Of a DNA stretch of 42,755 bases, positions 1 to 10,545 are shown in pieces. The notes under the pieces were generated by a model. The model was given only the letters and a program-made list of their open reading frames with translations, had not been told where the DNA came from and did no database searches. The stretch's first letter is position 1. Each line of letters starts with the position of its first letter. The DNA lies in contig NC_068986.1 in NCBI RefSeq assembly GCF_001194135.2, positions 41,581,352 to 41,624,106 of the forward strand, in the 5' to 3' direction. The position numbers and the translations under genes were made by a program. The stretch comes from Octopus bimaculoides. Taxonomy: Eukaryota.

Positions 1-737
1 CCAACTAATTAAACACTTGTCAATAAATGGAATGGAACTGCTTATAGTGAATTCTACTATCACATAGTGCTTATTTACTGTATGGTAACATTGAAACATC
101 TTTACTTCATTCTAGTAATAAAATACAAATTGTCACTTAACATTTGACCCACAAATGAATAACTCAGCTGGCTGTTTGCTCATATATTTTAACAATAATC
201 TACCAATTCTTGTATGTACTGTTCTCTCTCTCTTGCCATGCCATGTATGTATGTATGTATGTATATATATATATATATATTGTAATTGTAAGTTTTAGAC
301 ATCCTTAAATTTAACATTATCCATTAATTTTGTCTCAATTTATAATGTTAGTAAAGCTTACTGTTTCCCCTGAGATAAGTTAATTGGCAGATTTATCTAA
401 AAGAAGAAAGATTTAGAAATACTTTTACTAGATTCTAAAATCTTTGTACCTATTATTTACGAAACTATTCAAGCACAAAGAAAATAATCTAACATAATGA
501 TTTCCTTGGTATTATAACATCTAATGACTCTGTTTATGGTTTTATTCTTATATATTTATTCCACTCGGCTACAACTGTTAATGTTTTTTTTTTCTTCATT
601 TTTAATCATCCATTTTATCTGTACCACTAACAACTTTCTTCACACATATATCAATAATGATTACAGCATTTTTGTTTTGCAGACATTTTAATGTATATAT
701 CTCTACACCAATATTTCATTCTCAGTTGCCGCCTCCA

Positions 738-776
<39 letters not shown>

Positions 777-885
777 GTATGTGTGTATATCTTGGGCTGT
801 GAATTCATTGAGAGTTGGAGAAAATGTACCAGTTTCATCTAAATGTGAAATACTGAATGAAACACAGACACACGTGAAAGTACAG

Positions 886-965
886 GCGCACACATGCACA
901 TGGGAAAGCACATGCACATGTGAAAGCACACACACATGTGAAAGCGCATGTGCATACACACATGT
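886..965. repeat. 18-bp minisatellite (cacatgcacatgtgaaag)x~3-4
   Basis: Read directly; source of the HVLSHV and ESTHTC pseudo-ORFs. Confidence 0.75.
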
Positions 966-1145
966 ACACACAGAGCTCTTCTACAACAAGAAATCTGTTC
1001 TGCTGTAGCCCTTTCTCTCATACTTTTATCTGTCTTTTGCTCTTTATCTTTTAGCATAAAGTTGCCCCCATGGGGTTTGTTGTCTTGCAGGTTGCATGAT
1101 GGTCTCACTAGTGGTGGTGGCTCAAAAACCAAGTACATGCTGTGA

Positions 1146-1287
1146 TGTGTTGGCATTAGGAAGGGTATCTAGCCATAGAAACTATGCCAAAACAGACACT
1201 AGATCACAATGCAGTTCTTGGGCCTATCAGATCCTGTCAAATTGTCCAACCCATGCCAGCATGAAACATGGATGTTAGATGAGAATG
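1146..1287 (+). mobile_element. RTE-type LINE/SINE 3' tail fragment
   Basis: ttggcattaggaagggtatctagccatagaaac...aacccatgccagcatg...gatgtta is the same tail that recurs at 11263, 38452, 42514 and elsewhere. Confidence 0.7.
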
Positions 1288-1654
1288 ACTTACAAAATAT
1301 ACACACACAGACAACATATGCACAGACAATGCATGCACAGCCAACACGCACAAACACAAAATATCACATGTTAAATTTTTCAGTTTCACAGATACAAATT
1401 TATATAATTTCATAGATATTAATTTTAGAATAATCAAATCAGATTTAAGGGCTTATATGGAAGAAGGATTAAGAAGAGGCAATTTTGTTTCTTAGAACAA
1501 ATTTTGGATTTGGATTTTTCATAACTTTTTACTCTTCCCAGTAGATATGTTTGTTTAATAAATTTTGTAGAGATAAAGTTTTCACTCCTTTACAATATAA
1601 TTTTTATTTCATTTCACGCCATCTTTCATATTGCATTCACTTCAGTTTTATGTT

Positions 1655-1866
1655 TCCTTTAGAATTCAGATTATCCTGTCAAATGTAATCCTTATCTGTT
1701 CACATGGTTATGAATTAATCATGCATTATCTTGTAGTTTTGAGATTTCTATGGTGTGACTGTTTATTTTTGTAATGACATAGGTGTAAGAGGTTGAAACT
1801 GGCTAGTTTGAACATAAAACGGGCAGAAAATTTAGGCCAGATATGGCTGGTTTAAATGCTAAAGGA
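1655..1866. mobile_element. TTAA-type (piggyBac-like) MITE, family A, decayed
   Basis: Ends cctttagaattcaga...aaatgctaaagga|ttaa. Homologous to the copies at 19046, 20751 and 26810. Confidence 0.65.
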
Positions 1867-2221
1867 TTAATATTGAAAAGGAAGGGTTATGTATCTAATT
1901 GAATTTTTAAAATTCAATGTCTGCTTGCCTGTTTGTGTGTTTCTGAATTTTAGAGGAAGTAGTATATTGTGGGATTAAAATGTTTTCACTAGTGTACTTT
2001 TTTTTATTCAGAAGCCTTTTCACCTAAAATAAGTTCCCTTATAGTCCTGAGCTTTGAAACCCTCAAAAGAGATATCTTGTACCTGATTATATCAACATAG
2101 CAAAGAAACGGGGTTTTTTTTCTCTGGTACTTTTGCTGAATGAAACACACAGACATACTTAAGAAAACACACACATACAAAACTTAGACATACTTATTTA
2201 AGACCTTCATTTCCTATAGAG

Positions 2222-2556
2222 CAGTGGCTCTCAAGCAGGGTCCATACAACACCTGAGGGTCCATATAATAATTTTGGGCGTTCATGCTAGCAAAATAGTA
2301 AATTGAGGATCCACCATAGTATTTTTAGTGTCCATGAAAAATTTTGATTTAGATGTATTCCTTGCAAGAAACAGATTTGTTTCCTTCTCTAACGTTTTAC
2401 TTAGTTCAAACTACACAAACGAATGTGTGAAAAACGAAATCGGAATTTTGAAAAAAGTTTCTTTTTTAAACATGGAATGGCTATGGGGGTCCACCGGAAT
2501 AAAATAGTATTCAAAGGGGTCCATAGATTAAAAAAAAAAATGGTTGAGAACCCCTG
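2222..2556. mobile_element. hAT (Charlie-like) MITE
   Basis: TIRs CAGTGGCTCTCAA and reverse-complemented CAGGGGTTCTCAA. 8-bp TSD ctatagag (2214-2221) / ctatagat (2557-2564). Confidence 0.85.
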
Positions 2557-3924
2557 CTATAGATTATCAACCACTTTTCTACACTATTCTTGACTCGGGG
2601 CTGTCTTGTTGGCTTTGAATTGTTGTCAGTGCTTCTGTGACTTTGTTTTTTTCTAGGTAGGAGTTTTGGCCCTATGCAAACCCCTTTTTTACCTTTGGGA
2701 AGAGGTGGTTCATATTAGTGGTTCTTTGACCTGTCCAGCATGGAGTTTGGGTTCTGCCAGCAGGGCTCTCAGTATCATTTGATGCACACAAGCCATCATA
2801 CTGCGACAATGACTGGACCTTGTGGTGGTTAGACACGTAGACAAAGCAAATATTAAACACACACTCTCCGTTCATGAATAGACGTTAGAAAATCAAGTAT
2901 GCACATGCGCAATAACCAGCACAAACATTCAAATGAAAATAGATACACACACAAACACACAAGATACATATAAAACATAACAATGTAACATTTTGTGAAT
3001 GAACAATCTATTAGTGTTTGTGTGTATGTGAGAGAGAGAGAGAGAGGGAGAGAGGGAATAAGAAAGAGTTAAAGATGAAAGAAGGATGATAACTGTTCTG
3101 TTAAAGTAAAGATACATGTATTTATGTTCACTAAGTGAATGTGTGTAATATATGCATACACACATATATATATATGTCACTCACACAAATGTATATATAT
3201 TTACTTCCACAAAACAGTTGACTATAAAAGGGAACAAAACACGTACAGTTTGTGTGTGTCATTTCCTTTTGTAGTTATATATTGGAATGTGCATAAAATT
3301 TGAAGTAGTAAGAAAAAAAAAAAAAGATCCAGTACTAATGTTAAAAGTAATATAACAGTGTTTGAAATAAAATATTTATGCAGAATTACAATGATTTCTC
3401 ATGCAGTTTGGCCACAAACTGATTCTTTTATTTGTTAGGTATCCTCAGTTTCACTTAAGACAGTCATTTGTTTAGTTGTTTTAGATGTTCAGCTTTCTTT
3501 CATAAACTTTAGATTTTTGAACTGGTAAATAAAGATATTCCGGATGCTCTTTATAACATTTTTTATGGTATATTTCTTACATATCCCTTACTTTGTGTCC
3601 TTTTAATAAAACAGCAACTTTTTCCTTTTAATTTTGTAAATGTTGTTTTATACTTAATTGTTTGTAACATCTTTAATAGATAAATAGATAAATAAATAAA
3701 TTAATAACAACACCAGCTACAACAATAATAATGGTTTCAAATTTTAGCACAAGGCCAACAATTTTGAATCAACTCCAGAGCTCAAATGGTACTTATTTTA
3801 TTGACCTCAAAAGGATGAAAGGCAAAATCTGTCTCAGCAGAATTTGAAACCAAAACGTAAAGATGGATGAAATGCTGCTAATCATTTTGCCTGATGTGCT
3901 AATGTTTTTGCCAGCTCACTGCCT

Positions 3925-4050
3925 TGATGATGATGATGATGATGATGATGACGATGACGACGACGATGACGACGACAACGACGACGCAGCAGCAGCATCA
4001 TCATCATCATCATCATCATCACCATCACCATCACCATCATCATCATCATC
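3925..4050. repeat. Compound trinucleotide tract (GAT)n-(GAC)n-(GCA)n-(CAT/CAC)n
   Basis: Read directly; source of the poly-D/poly-S pseudo-ORF at 3863-4105. Confidence 0.9.
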
Positions 4051-4277
4051 ATTCAATGGATATTTATCCTCATGTTGTTTGTTGTTAACACAGCGTTTCG
4101 GCTGATATACCCTCCAGCCTTCATCAGGTGCCTTGAGGAAATTTCAAACCTGGGTTCTCATTCCTAAGGTATTTTTGATGTTATTCTTCTTATTATTATT
4201 GTTAGTGTTCAGGTCACTGCTTGGAATCGAACTCGGAATCATGGGGTTAGTAGCCCATGCTCTTAACCACTATGCCA
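4051..4277 (-). mobile_element. tRNA-headed SINE-like element with hammerhead-bearing 3' module, left copy
   Basis: Minus strand reads TGGCATAGTGGTTAAGAGC (A box) ... GAGTTCGATTCC (B box), then (TAA)n, then a 3' module homologous to 4776-4905. Confidence 0.8.
4087..4132 (-). ncRNA. Minimal type I hammerhead ribozyme-like motif (one core substitution)
   Basis: Minus strand: GGCAC-CTGATGA-A-GGCTG(gagggtatat)CAGCC-GAAAC-GCT-GTGTT. Stem I, the CUGAUGA and GAAA core and stem II are present; U16.1 appears changed to C. Confidence 0.65.
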
Positions 4278-4373
4278 CGGGGATATGGCATAGTGATTAA
4301 GAGTGCGGGCTACTAACCCCAAGATTCTGAGTTCAATTCCAAGCAGTGACCCTAACACTAATAATAATAATAA

Positions 4374-4748
4374 GACAGAAACAATTCCTATCATAGTAGG
4401 TGCCTTAGGTATAATAAAAAAATATTCAGACAAATACATAACAAAAACACCAGAACTTACAAATATATATAACATACAGAAAATTGCACTACTGGGCACT
4501 GCACACATCCTACGCAAAACACTTTCAATACAGTAACCATAAGAGCATCACAGCAAACCACAGCACATANNNNNNNNNNTATAACATACAGAAAATTGCA
4601 CTACTGGGCACTGCACACATCCTACGCAAAACACTTTCAATACAGTAACCATAAGAGCATCACAGCAAACCACAGCACATATCCAAGGCACACAGAGCTG
4701 CACTCGGTAGTGAAGTGAAAGCACGTTATAAAAATAAAACTACTGAAC
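4374..4748 (+). mobile_element. 5'-truncated restriction-like-endonuclease LINE (Dong/R4-like) 3' end
   Basis: Encodes KTETIPIIVGALGIIKK...IQKIALLGTAHILRKTLSIQ*, a typical REL-LINE C-terminus, flanked on both sides by (TAA)n. About 100 nt is duplicated across the 10-N gap. Confidence 0.7.
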
Positions 4749-4823
4749 AATAATAATAATAATAATAATAATAATATCGAAAAATACCAAAGGAATGAGA
4801 ACCCAAGTTTCAAATTTCCCCGA

Positions 4824-4869
4824 GACACCTGAAGAAGGCTGGAGGGTATATCAGCTGAACCTTTGTGTT
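4824..4869 (+). ncRNA. Minimal type I hammerhead ribozyme-like motif (two core substitutions)
   Basis: GACAC-CTGAAGA-A-GGCTG(gagggtatat)CAGCT-GAACCTTT-GTGTT. Stems I and II are intact; the expected GAAACGTT reads GAACCTTT. Confidence 0.55.
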
Positions 4870-4979
4870 AACATCAAACAAGATGAAGACAAATATCCAT
4901 TGAATGTAAATAATGTACATAATTCCTCATCTCTTAGATATAGAACAGTAGTAGTAGTAGTAGTAGTTAGAGAGAGAAA

Positions 4980-5510
4980 GACAAGTCATGGTACAACCAC
5001 AAACCACAGAGTGTGCCTGAGTCAGAAACTTGCAAGATCCTGTAGACTTTCTGATGCGAACGGATCAGGTGTTTGAGCACAACTAACCAGACTTATTGGT
5101 GGTGAACAAATTAAACTATGTATGCTCTGTAATTGATGTTGCATGCCCATTTGACTCATGGATAGTTAAGAAAGAAGACAGTAAAGTAGAAGTGTATATC
5201 CTCTTAAATACGAGATAGCCTGACTGTAGAAGATGAATAAGGTGAAGACAGTGCCAATTATTATTGAGGCCTTAGGGACAGTATCAAGACATATTGAGAA
5301 GAAGATATAGAAAATGGGAATGGGGTGTACAGTAGAGTTGTTGCAAAATGTTTGCCTCGTGGCATGACCAGAATCATCAGGAAAGTACTTGATAGTTGCA
5401 GAGAACAAATAGCATGGTACCATAGGCTACAGGTATCAAGCCTACCACTCATGCAACATTACAGGAGTTCCAACAAAACCTAAATTAGAAGATATATTAT
5501 AACAATGATA
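4980..5510 (+). mobile_element. Decayed REL-endonuclease LINE fragment (PD-(D/E)XK domain and C-terminus)
   Basis: Reading across stops and frameshifts: WYNHKPQSV.ESETCKIL*DF...TDQVFEHN*PDLLVVNK...VIDVACPFDSWIVKKE...PLKYEIA*L*KM..VKTVPIIIEALGTVS...ELLQNVCL..G.TRIIRKVLD. Confidence 0.75.
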
Positions 5511-5717
5511 AAAGGTGCAGTAACATAAAAACCTAAATTTTAACTGATTAAGGTGCTAAAAGGTAGCATGGTGAACTACACTGGCTTTGCATATCATGTC
5601 TTTTAGTCAGTGTAAGAAAAATATGATTAGTGTAATTACAAATAGAGGAGTCGGAATCTGTGAAGAGATGAAGTCAAATGTTTTGTGTACCAACTCCACA
5701 TGTGCGTGTATGTATTC

Positions 5718-6121
5718 AGGGTTGACTGTTTCAGAAGCTTGCTTTCCAGACATGTGGTCTTGGGTTTAGTCCCACTTCATGAAGCCTTGGGCAACTATCT
5801 TCTATTATAGCCCAGACTGATCAAAACCTTGCAAGTGGATTTGGTACATGGAAACTGCAAGAAGTCTGTTGTGTGTGTGTGTGTAATCTTGTCTGACATC
5901 TTGTGATGGTTATAAACAAGCATCATCATCATACAAGCAATGTTGTTAGTTTCCAGTTTTCTGTGTAAAACAACCTGGTAAATAGAAAAGTATTACCTTG
6001 ATTAGAAACAGGTGAAAGTTAGTGACAGGAAGGGCATCCAGCCATAGAAAATCTGCCTTAACAAATTCCATCTGACCCATGTAAGCATGGAAAAGTGGAT
6101 GTTAAAGGATGAAATGATGAA
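5718..6121 (+). mobile_element. tRNA/CORE-like SINE (family B) with RTE-type 3' tail
   Basis: Head and core (gggtttagtcccac...cttgggcaac...gtggatttggt...ggaaactg) followed by aggaagggcatccagccatagaaa...catggaaaagtggatgttaaa and a (TGA)n tail. Confidence 0.7.
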
Positions 6122-6281
6122 TGTTATGTATGTATAAATGTCTCTGTGTATCATCATCATTTAATGTCCGTTTTCCATGCTTGCATGGGTTGGATGGTTT
6201 GACAAGAGCTGGCTAGTCAGATGACTGCACCAACCTCTATTGCCTGATTTGGCATTATGTTTATATATCTGTATGTCTGTG

Positions 6282-6312
<31 letters not shown>

Positions 6313-6892
6313 CTGTTTGTTAGCAGCTGTTTTGTGTGTTGTGGATGGTGATTTAAAGGCTGAAAAACTTCAGTGTATTGGTGACTTTTCTTTGACATTG
6401 TCACTATTAATGCAGCTTTCTGTGTAGTTTTTGACAAAACAACATGAGCTAATGGATTAGTTGGGAAGAAAACACCTGTTTTATGTGATATGAAATCAAG
6501 GTTCTGGGAAACCCAGTTGGAGTGGGTTTCATTAATTTTCATTGTGATTTATTGATTCATTGTGAAAACCAATCAGATTGGAGACTGTAATGAAATTGTG
6601 ATTAGCAGGGTATACATGGAGGTCTCAGTATAATCCTTAACACAATAGCATGCTTTCCATTTTGAGATAATATGACCTTCAATTATGTTATTTTTTTATT
6701 GGAATCTGTATTCCATTTCAAAATTCATTAGTGTTATTTAAATTTTGCAAAACATGACAACATTCTCCTTTTTCAAGGCCAAAGTATGTTAAGAGACACT
6801 TCACTAAAATTAAGGCAAAATATCATGCATGATGCTTATCAAATTTTGATAAATACACACACACACACACGCACGCACGCGCATATATGTGT

Positions 6893-7140
6893 GGGAGCAT
6901 ATGGTCTAGTAGTTAGCGTGTTGCACTCACTTACATGAGATCATGGTTTCAGTTCCTGGACTGAGTGGTGTGTTGTGTTCTTGAACAAAACACTTCATCT
7001 CACGTTGCTCTACCATCATCTGAAAACCTGACATACAGCCTACATTGATTTGATGGAGGGAGTGAGCTAATGTATAGCACAAACATTTGATCATTATAAA
7101 CAAATCATCTGTGCCAGTTGTTGAGCAAGAAATAGCAGAA
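6893..7140 (+). mobile_element. tRNA-derived SINE (family C)
   Basis: A box TGGTCTAGTAG and B-box-like GGTTTCAGTTCC. An inverted homologue lies at 32370-32665. Confidence 0.65.
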
Positions 7141-7210
7141 CTGCCTTTTTCAGACAATGAGAGGCAACCATCATCATCAGTATGTGTGTGTGTGTATATG
7201 TATATCAGTA

Positions 7211-7267
<57 letters not shown>

Positions 7268-7270
<3 letters not shown>

Positions 7271-7490
7271 GCAGCGAGCTGGCAGAATCGTTAGCATGCC
7301 GGGCGAAATGCTTAGTGGTATTTCATCTGCCATTACATTCTGAGTTCAAATTCTGCCAAGGTCGACTTTGCCTTCCATCCTTTTGGGGTCGATTAGAAAA
7401 GTACCAGTTACACACTGGGGTCGATGTAATTGACTTAATCCCTTTGTTTGTCCTCTCTATGTTTGGCTCTCTGTGGGCAATAAAGAAATA
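7268..7490 (+). mobile_element. tRNA-derived SINE (family A), near full length, within (TA)n
   Basis: gaggcagcgagcTGGCAGAATCG...GAGTTCAAATTctgcc...ctggggtcgat...gggcaataaagaaata. Decayed copies (+): ~15765-15945, 21223-21441, 25118-25335, 36385-36560, 37565-37800, 42000-42150. Decayed copies (-): ~3735-3920, 11925-12120, 31275-31550, 37135-37320, 37385-37545. Confidence 0.85.
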
Positions 7491-8042
7491 TATGTGTGTG
7501 TGTAATGTATGTATAAATATATGTATGTGTATATGAATATAATAATGTATTGAATTCTATTTATCCTGTTTGTTCTATGAAACCCGTACATTTATGAATG
7601 TGTGTATGTGTGTGTAATGTGCTGAAATTTGGATTTTTTTACTTAAATTAATTAGTCATTAAGGACTTATTTTTTGTTTTTTGACTAGTGTCTGTTGTCT
7701 GTGTGTTTATTTTAGCATTGTACTATTTTGTAAGTAATGTCTGCATTATTAATTGGCTAATTTAAGTATAGCTGTGTTGGCCACTAATGTTTTCCTGGTG
7801 AGTTGGTTTTTGTGTGGTGTAGTGTAATGTCTTTACTTCTTGTAGTAAGGATATGATGAGCCATCGTAATTGTATCAACTGTATGGCAAATATAATAGCT
7901 GGAACTATGAATTTCATTTGCAACAAAGACACTTTCTCTCTAAGTGCAGTGCTTACTGTTTGATACATGTGTGTAAAGTTGTATGGTATGTTTGTCTACA
8001 TGAATGGCTTCAGAAGTTAACTAAAAAGAAAAAAAACAACTG

Positions 8043-8127
8043 GGTATAAGTAGGTTTATGAGCAATGTGTATAAGTAAGTTTATGAGCACTGTTTATGAG
8101 CAGTGTCTATAAGTGGGTTTATGAGTG
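8043..8127. repeat. ~25-bp minisatellite (tataagtaggtttatgagcaatgtg)x~3
   Basis: Read directly. Confidence 0.7.
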
Positions 8128-9480
8128 GCGTGAAGACTGTGCTCAAGGACTCCAGCTTAGCTGTGTTGTATCTCCAGCTTTCTTCAACTGTTTCCATTGA
8201 TTATCATGGAATGTTCTCAGGAGAATTTCCTGACTGTTGTGTAGGTCAAGATTTCACTGTCACTGACCCCAACTATACTGGCAACTTTGCCCAATTAGTT
8301 GTTGAACAAATCAGTGATTTTGCATTATATATTATCATGTAATCATGCCAGTTAGTATCCACTGGTGTGTGACTGTTTGAACAGGTCTCTGTCATGCACA
8401 ATACTAAGAGTCAGGAAGGATCATTTCAAGTACCTATGCACTATCTTCACTGGTGATCTCCATATTTGGTGTTTGTAATTGTTGAGCATTGTTGGCTCCT
8501 GTTTGTGACATACTACTGTGGATTTATTGGTTGGCATCAGCTCAAAGCACAGTGGGTAGGATATGAATATAATTGCAGTGGTAGAGATGGTTGGACAGGG
8601 TGATTAGAGGGGAAATTTCATAAGAATGTGAAACAGATGGAGTAGAGGTGACTGTAGCAAATGATGGTGTGAGATATAGGAGTGGCTCATGGGTTGTGGT
8701 AGATATGTAAGGGCATTGAGAGTGATGATAATAGCAGCAGATAAGAGAGATGTTAAGGATGGAATATAGCAGAGTGGAGAAAGCAACGGGGAAAATAATA
8801 TATAATGCATTTTTCGTATCACCAGCATTATTGAAGTCACCATGTAGCTCACAAGTCAGAAAAACCCTGGTAGTGAAACTGTTGCTTCCATATGTTAGGT
8901 GGGGGTTTAGGTATATGGGAAGAAGTTGGAGTAGAGGATTTTCTTGTACAGGAGCTAGATGGCTGCTCATATTCAAGAGAGAGAATGAAGATGAATTAGA
9001 GGTATCTCCAAGGAAGTACACAGTGGGGATGAGGTGCCCTGGTGGCACCTCAGGTAACAGGAGTAGAAGCAGGTGAGGGAAATGAGGGTTTACCAGGGTG
9101 TGTGTGGGGAAGAGATAGGGGAAGTGGGAAAGGGAGGTAGGCAATATCTGTAAGGATTGAGGGGAAGGGTGCTTGAGTTGGGGAGGCTACAGGGATACTG
9201 GCTGTACGGTAGTAACAATACTATTGATAGAGGAAGAAGAGAGAGAGAGAGATGACATGTTTTGGTTGGTAGATTGTTGGAGCAGTGTAGAGAGATAAAA
9301 CAGGCATAATGCATAAGAGATAATTTGGTGGTGAAGGAAGGCCACTTTAACATTTGGGTGTGGAGAACAATATTGATGAAGAATAGGTAACAAGTGAGAT
9401 GATTCCGAGTAGCAAGAGAGAAAAGTGGTATACGGATGCTGGTGGGGAGCTGCATTGAATGATATGGTGGTGGTAGGGAT
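8100..9480 (-). mobile_element. Highly decayed I/Jockey/Nimb-like LINE 5' part (APE endonuclease remnant)
   Basis: Minus-strand translation contains LHGDFNN (APE GDFN motif) and ITLSNHL (degenerate SDH motif), with strong purine skew on the + strand. Boundaries approximate. Confidence 0.45.
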
Positions 9481-9569
9481 TGATTGATTGGGGTGCTCGT
9501 ACACACATGCATAGACACGCACACAGATATCTATATATGCATGCTTATATATATGTATACACAATATAC

Positions 9570-10319
9570 GTCCACGCAGTGCTTTGAGAAGTCAGTTTCA
9601 TCACGATGGGCTGGTTTTCACAAGAACCTCGTATCGCCAGATATCCCATTCCTTTGTCATTTCCTCTGTGAGGTTCAGGATCCTAAGGTCAACATTCACC
9701 ATTTCATCCCATATCCTCTTGAGTCAGGTGGCTAGCTGGCTTCCTGAAGTTGGTGTTGCAGATCAATAGGTTATTTGCATTGCAGAACTCTAGGAGCCTA
9801 GTTCCCTCTTCATTTCTGGTACCGACTCCATGGCCCCCATGTACACCATGGGAGATACCAGATTGCTGTCCGACATCCCATTAAAATCTCCAGCCACAAA
9901 GAGGTAGCCTGCAGAATAATATCATAAAAGTGATCCTTCTGTTCATTTGGTAGGCCCGCTTGTGGGGCATAGGCGAAGATAATTGTAGCTATACCATTCT
10001 GCAAGACTAGCCTGAGTTTAAGTACTCTATCGCACACCCTCACTACCTCTACGGCCTTATCCACCCATTTCTCTGCAAGAAGTATGCCCACACCCTCTAT
10101 TCCATCACTATTACCTTCCCAGAAGAGTTTATACCTATGTGCTTTGCTTGTCAGGACTCTGGCTGAAGCTCCTCTCCATCTTACCTCTTGTACGCAATAT
10201 ACATCAACATGTCTCCGTTCAAGCATCTCTACAATCTCGCTAGACCTACCTTTCAGTGTGCCTACATTTAGACTGCCAACTCTGAAATCTGGGAAAGAGA
10301 TATGGGAGGTAACACAGGA
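9570..10319 (-). mobile_element. RTE LINE remnant: APE endonuclease fused directly to the extreme C-terminus (internally deleted)
   Basis: MLERRHVDVYCVQEVRWRG...GVGILLAEKW...YAPQAG, VAGDFNG and GTRNEEGTRLLEFC...NTNFRKPASHL are followed at ~9725 by KRIWDEMVNVDLRILNLTEEMT...WRYEVL. Confidence 0.85.
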
Positions 10320-10410
10320 NNNNNNNNNNNNNNNNNNNNNNNNNNNNNNNNNNNNNNNNNNNNNNNNNNNNNTATATATATATATATATATGTTTATATA
10401 TATATATATT

Positions 10411-10531
10411 TACACAGCTGTCCTTGTCCTTATGCATCACATAACTAAACCAACGCAGTTTTCTTTCTTGCACACATCTGATGCCTCTTATATCCAGTTT
10501 TCCTCCTAAATCATTTACACTCTGTCATGCA
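10411..10531 (-). mobile_element. RTE LINE 3' fragment (left arm of fold-back)
   Basis: Minus strand encodes ..QERKLRWFSYVMHKDKDSCV and is the reverse complement of 10546-10669. Confidence 0.8.
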
Positions 10532-10545
10532 GTAATCTCAGTGCA

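Larger units (their letters stand above)
4286..4945 (+). mobile_element. tRNA-headed SINE-like element with hammerhead-bearing 3' module, right copy (interrupted at 4374-4748)
   Basis: A box TGGCATAGTGA, B box GAGTTCAATTCC, (TAA)n, and a 3' module resuming at about 4776 (atcgaaaaatacc...aaatatagaac-like end). Confidence 0.8.

Noticed and set aside
651-1008. Repetitive ORFs (HTHTH, HVLSHV)
   Set aside because: Translations of (CA)n and the 18-bp minisatellite; no protein family signal.
3863-4105. Poly-Asp/Ala/Ser ORF
   Set aside because: Translation of a trinucleotide tract between two SINEs.
4286-4350. tRNA-like sequences (also 6893, 7268, 31777, 34729)
   Set aside because: A/B boxes are present but there is no complete cloverleaf or acceptor stem, and each continues into SINE body; not genuine tRNA genes.
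4452-4680. ~100-nt direct repeat on both sides of a 10-N gap
   Set aside because: Identical sequence flanking a fixed-size gap is typical of an unmerged contig overlap, not a biological duplication.
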